Source of the DNA: Octopus sinensis | Lineage: Eukaryota | Reading direction: 5' to 3' | Assembly: GCF_006345805.1 (NCBI RefSeq) | Contig: NC_042998.1 | Span: 150,846,001-150,910,000, forward strand | Length of the DNA: 64,000 nucleotides | In this document: positions 12,373-24,462 of the stretch, piece by piece | How positions within the stretch are numbered: position 1 is the first letter of the stretch | How the letters are laid out: each line of letters opens with the position of its first letter | The notes under the pieces: model-generated | What the model was told of the DNA's origin: nothing | Databases searched by the model: none | Seen by the model: the letters and a program-made list of their open reading frames with translations, nothing else | Program-made: the position numbers and the translations under genes

Positions 12373-13503
12373 CTCTTCAAACAACACTGGTGGTGGTGGA
12401 TTTGAAGGAACAGGAGAAGTAGTAGTGATGATACTTTCGATGGGGGTGGCGCATAATACTGGTGATGTATTGGTGGTTTTGGTGGTGGTGGTGGTGGTGA
12501 TGGTGGTGGTAGTAGTAGGTTAAGCTTAGAAGGGAAATTGGTAGTAGCGTTTGTGGAGACTGATGACAAACATGGTTGCAGTGGTGACGTGGGTGGTGGT
12601 GGTGGTAGATTAGTAATGACGATGGTGGAAGTGGAAATAAATGGGGGGAGGGGTGTCAAACTTGATGACGTTGAAGGCAATGATGGTAGTGATGGTGGTG
12701 TTCGTGCTGGTGCTGATGCTAGTGCTAGTGGTTTTGATGATGGTCGGTGTTGGTGTTTATTTGGCGGTCAATATTAGTGGTATTACTGGTTGTAAATAGA
12801 ATCGTTGTCATTGTCGACGTCATCGTTGTTGCTGTTGTTATAAATGGTTGCGATGGTGGTGGTGGTGGTGGTGGTGGTGGAGGTGGTGATGGCGGCGGCT
12901 ACAACAGCAACACGATTGATTGATATGGCGTCGACAATAATGAAAAGAGGTTTGACAGTAAAACATGGCGGCTCTATGAGGGTTGACAGCAGCTGCGTGA
13001 GTGTACATGTGTGTATATCTGTGTTTATGAGTGAGTACATGGGTGTGTACGTGTGTGTGCGTACGAGTGTGTCCGTGTGTGTATGTGAGTATGTGTATGT
13101 GGGCTTGTGCACGTATGTGTCCTTGACTACGTGTGTGCTTACGTGTCTTCGTGAATTTATGTGTTTACATGGGCTTGTGTGGTAGTATACAAATATACAC
13201 ACACCTTCATACAGACATATCCACATACATACAGACGCCTTCATACAGACACTCAGACATATCCAGACACACATACACACACACACAGATACACAAACAC
13301 ACATATACACATACACACACATACGCAAACATATATATCTATGCTCTGTATATGCATGTGGATATATCTTATAAAATAGCGCTTACGTCATGGCGTGTCC
13401 TCGGTTAAATGATCTCACATTTATAAACATACAATTTTACAAACATCTATAATAACACTCATATATCTTTCTGTCTTTGTATGGTGTGTATGTGTGTCCA
13501 TTT

Positions 13504-13546
<43 letters not shown>

Positions 13547-13551
13547 TGTGT

Positions 13552-13772
13552 GAAGGCGCAATGGCCCAATGGTTACGGTAGCGGACTCGCGGTCGGAGGA
13601 TCGCGGTTTGGATTCCCAGACCGGGCGTTGTGAGTCTTTATTGAGCGAAAACATCTAAAGCTCCGGTAGGAAATGGTGGCGAAACGTGCCGTGCTCTTTC
13701 ACCTCAACTTTCTCTTCACTTTTTCTTCCTGCTTCTGTTGTACCTGTGTTTCAAAGGGCCAGCCTTGTCACG
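13552..13772 (+). mobile_element. tRNA-derived SINE, family C
   Basis: Head gaaggcgcaatggcccaatggttacggtagcggactc...ggtttggattccc; homologous to 15424-15712 on the minus strand. Confidence 0.75.
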
Positions 13773-13984
13773 CTAGGTTTCGAACTTTCCAAATTACGTT
13801 TGTTAATGTAAATATGATTAGTTCTCTCCGTTTAGATTCACCGAGACAAAATTTCGAATTTTGAAAAGTTCGAAACCTAGGTCCTGAATTATCCACCTGT
13901 AGGTTGTACATTTATTTAATGTTCTTCCTACAGGTAAGATAAAAAAAAATTATGTTCGCCGCCCGCAAACATCTTTGCCTGTAT
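13773..13984. mobile_element. MITE copy A (left TIR mostly missing)
   Basis: Matches the internal part and right TIR of 14164-14475. Confidence 0.8.
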
Positions 13985-14123
13985 ATAATATATATATGCA
14001 TGTATATATACATGTAGATGTAGGTACGTACATATATGTATGTATGTATGCATATATTTTATTTATTAAATTATTGTATGACTGAGCGCCATCGCATCGT
14101 TTCGTTTCTTTTCTCCAAGTAAG

Positions 14124-14163
<40 letters not shown>

Positions 14164-14166
<3 letters not shown>

Positions 14167-14475
14167 TGGCAAAGATGTTTGCGGGCGGCGAACGTAAAAT
14201 ATTTTTATGCTACCTGTAGGAAGAACATTAAATAAATGTCCAACCCAGATGTGGATAATCTAGGACCTAGGTTTCGAACTTTCTAAATTACGCTTGTTAA
14301 CGTAAATTTGATTAGTTCTCTTCGGTTAGATTCACCTGGACTAAATTTTGAATTTGTAAAGTTCGAAACCTAGGTCTTAGATTATCCACATCTGGGTTAT
14401 GCATTTATTTAATGTTCTTCCTACAGGTAAGATAAATTCTTTTATGTTCGCCACCCGCAATCATCTTTACCAGTA
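14164..14475. mobile_element. Complete MITE with ~125-bp TIRs in a TA context (Tc1/mariner-like TSD)
   Basis: tactggcaaagatgtttgcgggcggcgaac...ctaggtttcgaact mirrored by agttcgaaacctagg...gttcgccacccgcaatcatctttaccagta. Confidence 0.85.
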
Positions 14476-14727
14476 TATATATATATATACAGTGAAGCTT
14501 TACTATAGCGTCGTATATTATCGACTGCGGTTTCCAGTAAATATTGCTTCATTGTTATGCCACTATTCTATATTTATACTTCAACCTGATAGTGCTTTGT
14601 TTTATTAGGAAGCAATATTACTGTATTGCACTATTTAATAATCTTTTCTTTGAAAACTTTTTCACTGTTCTCGGTCTGTTAACGGCCAGGCATTCAGACG
14701 AGTATATTGGCATTGATGCAGCAACAT

Positions 14728-14917
14728 TCGAAACTTTATTTAGGTGAATCTAACGGAAGAGAACTAATCAAATTTACATTGACAAACGTAATTTGGAAAG
14801 CTCGAAATCTAGGTCCTAGATTGTCCACATCCAGGTTGTACATTTATTTAATGTTCTTCCTACAGGTAAGATAAAAAAAATGTTACGTTGTCCGCCCGTA
14901 AAACACCTTTGCCAATA
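14728..14917. mobile_element. MITE copy C (partial, spacer in opposite orientation)
   Basis: ggtgaatctaacggaagagaactaatc is the reverse complement of the copy-B spacer and is followed by a TIR ending cctttgccaata. Confidence 0.75.
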
Positions 14918-15303
14918 TATATATATAGTGAAGCTTTCCCATAGCGTCGTATATTATTGACTCCTATTTCCAGTAAATATAGGTGCATTTTCAATTATGT
15001 CTGGGGAGAGTCATTCTCTTTTAGTGCCTTATAATTTAACACACTCACCGGTAAAATTTCCTCTTATTTCTTTTTTTATTTTTCTAAAATTTTCGTTGCG
15101 TCTTGCAACCTTTTCAATAGTTTTGACTTTGTCTGTTACTCACACTGTGTTCCTTTTTGTTTGTTTCTGCGCATGTGTGTGGATCAGTGTGTGTGTGCGT
15201 GTGTGTACCTATACATGCATACATGTGCTTATACATGCATGCATGTGTGTATGCATGGGTGTGTAATCATGTATGTGTGTGAGTGCATATGTATCTATGT
15301 GTA

Positions 15304-15358
<55 letters not shown>

Positions 15359-15423
15359 ACTTATACATATATATGTATATATTTTCACCTTGTACACAAA
15401 CAAACACACACATACATACATCA

Positions 15424-15712
15424 TCGTGACCACCGTGACCGACCAGGCTAGTGGATGTTGTTACACATCGCTGGTCACAATGCGCTTCGCATTATTTTAG
15501 CCTTCAAATGACGCCACCCCGCTGGCTAAGCGAGCAGGTCAACAGAAGAAAGAGTGAGAGAAAGTCGTGGCGAAAGAGTACAGCAGGGATCGTCACCAAC
15601 TCCTGCTGGAGCCTTGTGGAGCTTTTATGTGTTTTCGCTCAATAAACACTCACAACGACTGGGAATTGAAACCGCGAGTCCGCTGCCGCAACTACTGGGC
15701 CATTGCGCCTCC
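15424..15712 (-). mobile_element. SINE family C
   Basis: Reverse complement reads ggaggcgcaatggcccagtagttgcggcagcggactcgcggtttcaattcccagtcgttgtgagtgtttattgagcgaaaac... to a tail ...gcgaagcgcattgtgaccagcgatgtgtaacaacat. Confidence 0.75.
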
Positions 15713-15739
15713 ACATACATATATGTAGAAAAATACAAA

Positions 15740-16095
15740 CTGGGACAAGAACGTAAAACATTTAGAAGACGATACAAAAATACGGAGGGGACATTCGAAG
15801 CCTTCAATCTTCAGTCAAGAACTGGATCATCCTCGCAATTTCGTCTGATTAATCTTGAGATCGCTCCGATCTGGCCAGCCCCAAGGAAAAACTAAGCTAC
15901 GAGCATTAGATTTCTTGGAAAAAGGATCGAATGTATACAAAACAAGGACAGAAAAACGGACGATGCCACACGAATATAAATACAAAAACAATAATAGTAA
16001 TAACAGGACAAAAACAGCGGGTGTCTTACGACTATAGACATTACAACTTAGTTTAGCTGGCGTATTTTGGAAAAAAAATGCGTTTTTCGGCAGAC
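15740..16095 (-). repeat. Unclassified interspersed repeat X
   Basis: Reverse complement aligns with about 54795-55205 (ttttcgtctgccg...aatacgcca.ctaa.ctaagtt...agtttttccttggggctggcc.gatcggagcgatctcaagattaat). Confidence 0.8.
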
Positions 16096-16207
16096 GAAGA
16101 CAACGATGTTCTCATACATACATACATACACACACACTTACACACACACATATATATATATTTATGTGTGTATGTATATACATATTACACACACACACAC
16201 ACACACA

Positions 16208-16250
<43 letters not shown>

Positions 16251-16255
<5 letters not shown>

Positions 16256-17185
16256 AATTCACGATGGAATATAGCCAGCAACAACTCCCCTTCCTCGACA
16301 TCCTCATTAAGAAATCTAATAATATAATAGAAACAGATATATACTATCCGCGTACAGATTCTAAGCAATATCTTCCATTTAATTGATGCCACCCCAGACA
16401 CACCAGAATGATTATCCCCTTCAATCTAGCAAAAAGGCTATGTACTATAATTTCTAATGCAAACACCAGAGACACACGACTACAAGAACTAAAAGATACC
16501 CTCATCACCAGGAACTACCCACCTTCACTTATTGACATATGCATTCAACGTGCCCTTCAACTCAACATCCAGGAACTCAGACATCCCAAATTAAAGGAAA
16601 ATTTACGACCCAAAGCCTTACCATACATCTCCCACACAAACCCCCTCAACAATGAAGCCTTCGACACCATCCTCCAAAACATACCCCTGCTAAAAAAAAG
16701 CCCACAGAATGAACCACAATCCTCCAACACACACGATCATAAAAAGCAAGAGACAGCCTAAATCTATGAAAAGTCTCCTAACACAAGCCCGAATACGCTC
16801 ATCAACACAGAAGCCGAGAGTAAAAAAATGTGGAAGACCCAATTGCGGGATATGCGGGATCAGAGTTCTCCTTCAAACAGGGACAACGGTTCAAAGTAAA
16901 AAGTAATTTCACATGTGCTTCGGAGAACCTGATATACACACTAACCTGCTCTGGGTGTCAATAAAAAAATAGTTTGCGTAAAAGAATGGCCCTGCACAGA
17001 ACCTAGATAAAATTTCCCCAAAACAGAAAAATAGCATTCAACCAACACATAGATATTTGCGCCAACAACAAAACACTAAGCTTCAGGATTTTCCCCCTCT
17101 ACCAATTCAGGGACGATACAACCTCGAGCCAACGAATAAGTAAAGAAACTCTCTTTATTACAAAATACAGGCCCTTCTGAACGGG
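16251..17185 (+). mobile_element. 5'-truncated Penelope-like element, Neptune-like (RT C-terminus, Cys linker, GIY-YIG relic)
   Basis: IQFTMEYSQQQLPFLDILIKK...IETDIYY..TDSKQYL.FN*CHP.HTR..IPFNLAKRLCTI; linker KKCGRPNCGIC; FTCASENLIYTLTCSGC; LRKRMALHR; KETLFITKYRPLLN. The YIG segment appears deleted. Confidence 0.85.
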
Positions 17186-17197
17186 TCTACGACAAAC

Positions 17198-17283
17198 GGT
17201 ATGTAATCGACTTAATCCGTTTGTCTGTCCTTGTTTGTCCCCTCTGTGTTTAGCCCCTTGTGGGTAGTAAAGAAATAGGTATA
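17198..17283 (+). mobile_element. SINE-B 3' end
   Basis: gtaatcgacttaatccgtttgtctgtccttgtttgtcccctctgtgtttagccccttgtgggtagtaaagaaataggtat. Confidence 0.8.
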
Positions 17284-17436
17284 TCTACCTCGGCTTTAGA
17301 ATAACACAAATACACACGCAAATATTACATTCCTAAGAATCTATTAAAAATCAGCCCCAATCACAGCTATAACCCATAACGTGCCAACTTTAAGTCATAC
17401 AACATCTCACTACTTCCACTCATTCATATTCTCCCT

Positions 17437-17535
17437 TCTTCTTCTTCTTCTTCTTCTTCTTCTTCTTCTTCTTCTTCTTCTTCTTCTTCTTCTTCTTCTT
17501 CTTCATCATTATCATCATCATCGTCGTCGTCGTCG

Positions 17536-17567
<32 letters not shown>

Positions 17568-17845
17568 TTCTTCTCCTTCTTCTTCTCCCCCTCCTACTTC
17601 CTAACTTTATCACTAATGCTTTTTAGTATAACACCTACGCAAATTCTATAAACAAACCTTTCAATAGAAATATTCTCATGAATTGAACAGCAACTGCTAG
17701 CCGCCACTGACCACTCAAAATACGACAATCAAGGCACTCCCAAATTCTTTCTCCCCCTTCTCCTCCTCCTCCTCTTCTTCTTCTTCTTCTTCTTCTTCTT
17801 CTTCTTCTTCTTCTTCTTCTTCTTCTTCTTCTTCTTCTTCTTCCC
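17437..17845. repeat. (TTC)n / (TCA)n / (TCG)n microsatellites
   Basis: Direct inspection; tracts at about 17437-17585 and 17755-17843. Confidence 0.95.
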
Positions 17846-18094
17846 TACCAAGAATTCACAACGACCTCGAGCCCACAAGTGTAAACAAGAGAGACAGAGA
17901 AAGGTAGAAACAAGGAAAATGCCACTTATATTTGAACACTATACAAATATTCTTTTAAAAAAACTTTTCTTTTAATTTTTCTAAATTTAATTATTTAATC
18001 GTTACAGTTGAAAAGGTCTCAAATGACTGAAACCGGTACTGAAATGTTCTTTATAAAATTATTTTAGCATTTTCTATCTTGACTTGTTTTTTCG

Positions 18095-18233
<139 letters not shown>

Positions 18234-18399
18234 ATATATTATATATATTATATATATTATATATATACAAATATATATATATATATATAATATATATATA
18301 TATATATAATATTATATATATATATAATATATATATATATATAATATATATATGTATGCATCTGCGGTGTGTGTTGTGTATGTCTTTGTGTCTATGATT

Positions 18400-18560
18400 C
18401 TCCTCCCATTACAGCATGACAACTGGTAATGGTATCCTAGCGGATCAGCAAAAGCGATCCGATGGAATACGTACTGGAGTTGATTCATTTGATTAAAGAT
18501 TCTTCAATGGGGTGTTCCAGCATGGCCGCAGTCTAATGACTAAAACAAATTGATGAGAAA
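18400..18560 (+). mobile_element. Degenerate SINE-A 3' half
   Basis: Tail gtgttccagcatggccgcagtctaatgactaaaacaa. Confidence 0.7.
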
Positions 18561-18647
18561 AGATATCTCCACTCATTAGAAATACATAGAAAGACCAAGT
18601 AAATAAACTTACCCTAACGACATGCTTACAAGTGTAACAGTCTATAT

Positions 18648-18776
18648 CAGTGGTTCTCAACCATTTATTGTCTTTGACCATTTTGATTCCCATTTTACAT
18701 TGCTGGACCTTCATATCCATTCAATGTATAAAATTTCAAGAAAATGGGCCATATAGACCCCGGTTAAGACCCTTTG
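18648..18776. mobile_element. hAT-Charlie-type MITE
   Basis: Left TIR CAGTGGTTCTCAACC, right TIR GGTTAAGACCCTTTG, 8-bp TSD gtctatat (18640-18647) / gtctatct (18777-18784); the right TSD runs into (TATC)n. Confidence 0.75.
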
Positions 18777-18777
18777 G

Positions 18778-18882
<105 letters not shown>

Positions 18883-19022
18883 ATAGTTAGCAGAACTGGT
18901 GGTATTGTTAAGATACATTTTATGTTGGCAGGAATTTGAATGGAAATAGAAGCAAAATATTTCGATCTGGAGTTAATCTTTAAGTAGAAAGTGAATCAAT
19001 AGATCAATAATAAAAATATTGT

Positions 19023-19271
19023 GAAGGCGCGTGACTTAGTGGTAAGGCTATTCGGCTCACGACCATAAGACACATTGTGTCCTTGAGCAAGACACTCTAT
19101 TTTGCGTTGTTCCAGTTCACTCAGCTGTCAAAAATGAGTTGTACCTGTAATTCCAAGGGCCAGCCTTGTCACATTATGTGTCACTCCGATTTCCAGCTGA
19201 GCACTCCACAGAGTGGAGTACGTGTCTGTGGAGTGCTCAGCTGGAAGCCTCATCGTCGTAACCGACGGTGA
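19023..19271 (+). mobile_element. tRNA-derived SINE, family D (internally deleted head)
   Basis: gaaggcgcgtgacttagtggtaagg...ttgtgtccttgagcaagacact (CORE-like)...gtacctgtaattccaagggccagccttgtcac. Confidence 0.7.
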
Positions 19272-19822
19272 GCCAATTAAAATACCGCGCGTTTGTTTGG
19301 CAAGATTCTTGATGTGATAACGTTATACTTGAGAATGGTCATCTTTCGTCAAGTAAATACACGCATTATTTATTTGATCTTCGCTTTAATTTTATTAGTA
19401 TTTTTTTTTATTAAAATATGGTCAAAACACTTTTAAACTTAAAACACGGTAATAAACTTTGAACTCCGCCGCAACTTATAAAGACGAAAATTTTGACACA
19501 TTATCACAAATAATAAACGTTTAAGTAAAGTTAACAACTTTTGTGCTTTTCTGAACGATTGGTTTGTATCTTCTACGCAGCAATCATTTTAAGTTCAACA
19601 CAGTCTTAGATGAAAAAAATAATAATGCGAAGCGCATTGTGACCAGCGATGTGTAACAACATACGTATCTATCTATAGAGTGAGAAAGAGGGAATGAGAA
19701 AAGTGAGCGAGAGAGAAAGACAGGGATGGAGAAGAGGAGAAAGGGGAGAAAGAATGGCTGAGGAACTCACACCGACACATAAATACACAGAAAAATACAT
19801 CCGTCCATATATATATATTATA

Positions 19823-19880
<58 letters not shown>

Positions 19881-20067
19881 CATAAACGAACAACAGACGT
19901 GCAGGCATAGTGGACTGTTCATAATTACATGTTTCAACATTCCTATGTAATTATTTTGACCTATTGCAGCTTAGAGCCGTACCTAACATTTACCTGGTAT
20001 ATACATATATGTACATATATGCATACATACATGCATGCATACATACATACATACATACATACATACA

Positions 20068-20098
<31 letters not shown>

Positions 20099-20109
20099 CT
20101 CTCTCTCTT

Positions 20110-20149
<40 letters not shown>

Positions 20150-21229
20150 CATACATATGTATATATGTATATATACATATTTATGTGAGTATGTGTGTGT
20201 AAGTAGGTAGGTACATGTGTTTGTGTGTGCGTGCGTGCGTGCGTGCGTGTGTGTGTGTGTTTGTGTGTGTGTGTCTGAGTAACACTTATTACTCAACAGC
20301 ACAGTTGTATCCGGCTCAGAATGTACTAAATACTTTTCACTAAATGGAATTTCGTTACAACAATCATGGCTGCTATTAATGTCTGTAACAACGCTCCCCC
20401 ATCATATACACACACATGCACCTCACAAGACTACCATGGCATTGAACAACAGGAGAGATCCTAAATATTTATTCCGCTTCACTTGAACTTTATGTCTAAA
20501 TTCAGATTTATCCCGTTGATATTCAGTAACTCGCAACAATTCACTTTTCTGTTACATGAAGGAGATTTCTGGGACTAGATTCATCCATCCAAACTTAAAG
20601 CCCTCCATATCTTAAACAGGGAAACAAACATTCGTTACATCCAAAATGGCTGCCAGAGATAACATTCGTTATTGCAGCTACATTGACATCGGTCGATTTT
20701 CTGAAGACACCCAAATCTAGCCAAAACCTACCGCTGAAGAGAGCGATAAAGATGTCAAGCTTTAGCTTGCATAGACATCGCTACCGACATACAGATTTCT
20801 ATATAAGCTATTTCGATAAAGAAGACAGTATTATATACACAAATAAACATTTCGTAGTTTGAGAGAAAATTACTCGAATGTTTAACACTATTTTTAGACG
20901 ACCAATGAGTTTTCCCGTAAGTTGGAAAAAAAAGAACCTCAACAACCTGCGATATCCCTAAGAGAATAAAAAAATTATGTGATATTTGGAGCGAGCTAAT
21001 CAATAATTCTCTGTATACAGCTGCTATCATCTGACAAGTTTGAAGATAACTGCAGTCCACATGATGAAATGACAGAACACAAACCATCCAAAAAGAAAAA
21101 AAAAAAGAATTATGTGATAAAATTAACCACCTGCATACGGCATGAAACTTTTAGACATTATCAAAAAGTGTATAAGGAAAATAACTTCGTCGGTTCATGT
21201 AGGATAAAGGCTCTTCAAAGAAGGAGCAC

Positions 21230-21480
21230 TAACAAAAGGAAGGTTCATTAAATCATTAGAAAGAAAATACAAGGTGAAGAATGAAAAGAGAACGTTGTAA
21301 CTGTAGTGACGGAAAGAATGAGAACAAAGGTAGTTACGCTAAAACAATTCGGATAGAACGGTTTTAGTGAAACAGATTGTTTGAAAATATCAAGAGATTG
21401 TTTGGTAAATTGGAAGCATAAGAAAAATAACGATGAAATGCGAGATGTAGGGGAAAGTAGAAGGTTTGAACTCAAGTCTT
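21230..21480 (+). mobile_element. Possible R4/Dong-type N-terminal fragment
   Basis: Degenerate translation SLERKYKVKNE...RLFENIKRLFGKLE...ESRRF resembles the pre-RT region of R4-like elements; heavily decayed. Confidence 0.4.
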
Positions 21481-22764
21481 TGAGTGAAAATGTCATTTAC
21501 TAAACTTAATATTATTGAAATAATCTTAACTAATCTTAACTAATGCTTAACTTAAGTACAAATTGTGTTCCAAAAGGTGACAAACAACAATATCGCAGTG
21601 AAAACAATAAAGAAAGAAAGAAACCTTTCTAAAGAAGATCTTAAACCATATTGCTCATACAACTGAAATCTAGATCAGAATTTCAACTAAGTCATATCTA
21701 AATACAATCAGGAAAGAACATGGACAACATCAACAATAAATCATATATCATTGTTTCCAAAAGCTTCATTAAAGATAAATGGCCCAGCATCAGAATGGGA
21801 TTAAATATCTAAAAGACGGTCTGCAGAACGACACGTTTTAAAAGTTATGGAATAATATATTTGCATGCGAAATTTTCTGGCGATATACAGAAGCAGTCTT
21901 TTTTCCAGAATAAAACCAAGTACTTGGCACAAACCGATAGATCTTCGGTTCTTTAAACGTAATATATAAGTTATAGATCTGCTGTGGAAACCATTTCCTC
22001 ACATACCATTATGTGTTGATAAAATCTGACTATTAGCTGGCGCGGGGATGGAGGGAAGAAGGGAATGTGGCCGGTGAAAATACAATGCAGAAATCGTAGA
22101 AACTATGTAACTGTTTGTTGTATAACGTAATTATACACACACGTACATACACTGTGGTTACTCTGAGTACGTTCTGAGTTCAAATCGCGTCGAAGTCACG
22201 CGCACACACGCACGCACATGCAAACACACACACACACACACACACCACACACATACACACACACACACACACAACATACATACATACATTCACACAACAT
22301 ACATACATACATTCATACAGACACACACACACAGAGATATGTATAATTTAAACAAGTATGAGGGAAAAGAAATAACCGAGAGCGGCCAGTGGCGCACGAT
22401 ATATCAAATTAATCTTTTCTTGACGAGAAAAGTAAAAAAGATGTCTCGTGGGAAGGGCAGATCATTTCAAAAATAAAGATTTCTTTGAAAACGATGTCAC
22501 ATTAAAAACTTTTCGGAGAAATGAGGATAGTTTCTGTTTCAATACGTGTCAACAGCGCAGAAATAGTTCTACCTTGACGGTAGCATAAGTGAGACTTAGA
22601 CATATGGAAACATAGAAAATCCTAAGTGTGTGTGGGTGTATGTGGTGTGTGTGTGTGTGTGTGTTTGTGTGTGTGTGTATGTGTGTGTGAGTATGTATGC
22701 ACGTGTGTGTGTGCATGCGTGTGTGTGTGTGTCTGTATGTGCGTGTGTGTGTGTATGTGTGTAT

Positions 22765-23170
22765 AGGCGCAGCGCAATCCCACTGTGTGATACCTCGAGC
22801 AAGTATCCTCTGCTATATCCCTAAGCCAACCAAAGCCTTGCAAGTGGATTTCTTAGACGGAATCTGCAAGAAATCCGTCGTATACACTCACACACTTACA
22901 CACACACACACACATACACACACACACATACACACACACTCACACATATTTATGTATGTATCTTTCTGTTTGTCCCTCACCGCCGACTGACAACCGGTGT
23001 TGGTTTGTCTACGTCGCCGTAACTTGGGTGTTCGGCAAGAGACCGATAGAAAAAGTACTAGACTTAACAAGTAAAATACGTACTGGTATCGATTTGTTCG
23101 GCTAAACTTTTCAAGGCAGTGCTCCCGCATGGCCTCAGCCCACTGACTAAAACACGTAAACGAGAAAAAA
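22765..23170 (+). mobile_element. SINE family A (older, head partly deleted)
   Basis: ccaaagccttgcaagtggatttc..., internal (CA)n, tail ggcagtgctcccgcatggcctcagcccactgactaaaac. Confidence 0.8.
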
Positions 23171-23199
23171 GAAAATGTAAACGATATCTATCTACCGGT

Positions 23200-23274
<75 letters not shown>

Positions 23275-23309
23275 GCTAGCTAGCTAGCTAGCTATCTATC
23301 TATACCAAC

Positions 23310-24418
23310 TTATTTAGGCCAGAGGGTGACGAAAGTCCAAATAAAAAATGTACCACCTGGTTAGTCTCTGCCATTTGCTTTGAAATGGCAGAGACAAACA
23401 TTCTTGAAATCGCTATTCTAGAACAGAAAAACTGGGTGGGAAAATCAATCCAATTCCTCCTTCAATTGGATGAAACAACAAGAGAAAAGACACCCACCAC
23501 TATAGAACTGTCAGATGGCTAAAAACTCTATGTAGTGGTAGAGAGCAGGCGACCACGTTGCTATTTGTACGGAAGCGAAACACATTTGAAAAAGAAGTGT
23601 CCAACCACTGCACAACAAGAGCAACAACAACAACCACTACCACAACCAAAACACTCCGAGAAAAAAGTACTACTACCCACACTACCATCAACACAGAAGA
23701 CGACAAGAGAACTACACCAAGCTAATCCAACCACAACCAGAAATAATACAACATCCGAGAAAATACCTGAGAAAATACCAAGACCACCAACAACAGCAAG
23801 AACTAAAGGAACAGAAAAACAAAAAAAATATGCAAAAACTGATTTCCCATCCCCTATACCGCACTCACCACACACAAACACTCAACAACCAACAGCAACA
23901 AAAACAACAACACAACCACTTACACAGACATACATAGAAGCCTACAACATACCCCTACCCTCTTCTGATTCCTCAGAAAATTCGTCGGAAGAGGAAACCA
24001 GCGAGGAATGGCAAATAGCTAGAAAAGGAAGGAAAAAAAGAGCAGAAACACAACCAAACCAAATGCAAACACAAACAAGGCAGGGGGAAATACATCTCCC
24101 GAAGACATTTCGCAACCCACCACAAACAACAACAACACCAACACCACAAAAATATATACAGCAAACGTGCTCACAGCCATAGACACCAAAAACACAAATT
24201 TGATGGAATGCATCAAATCAAAAACAATCAATCACCCATACACAACACCACCGGATCACATCAAAATACTACATATCTCCAGAAGTCTGCACCACACACT
24301 AAAAGGCATTTTCCCCAATGCGGTCGGTAAATGCCAAAAATACCTCACGAAGAAACTTTACTGGGATTTCCTCGAGGACAAACCAAAGGAGGAGAAAGCA
24401 AAAACTTTCGAGCAGTAA
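23310..24418 (+). pseudogene. Tx1 ORF1 (gag-like, zinc-knuckle relic)
   Basis: GQRVTKVQIKNVPP; IELSDG*KLYVVVESRRPRCYLYGSETHLKKKCP (CX2CX4HX4C with one C to Y), then a Thr/Gln/Pro-rich tail; stops and frameshifts. Confidence 0.75.
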
Positions 24419-24462
24419 GTAACCCTCTGTTCCTTTCGCTTGTATTTTAATTCACTAGGATT

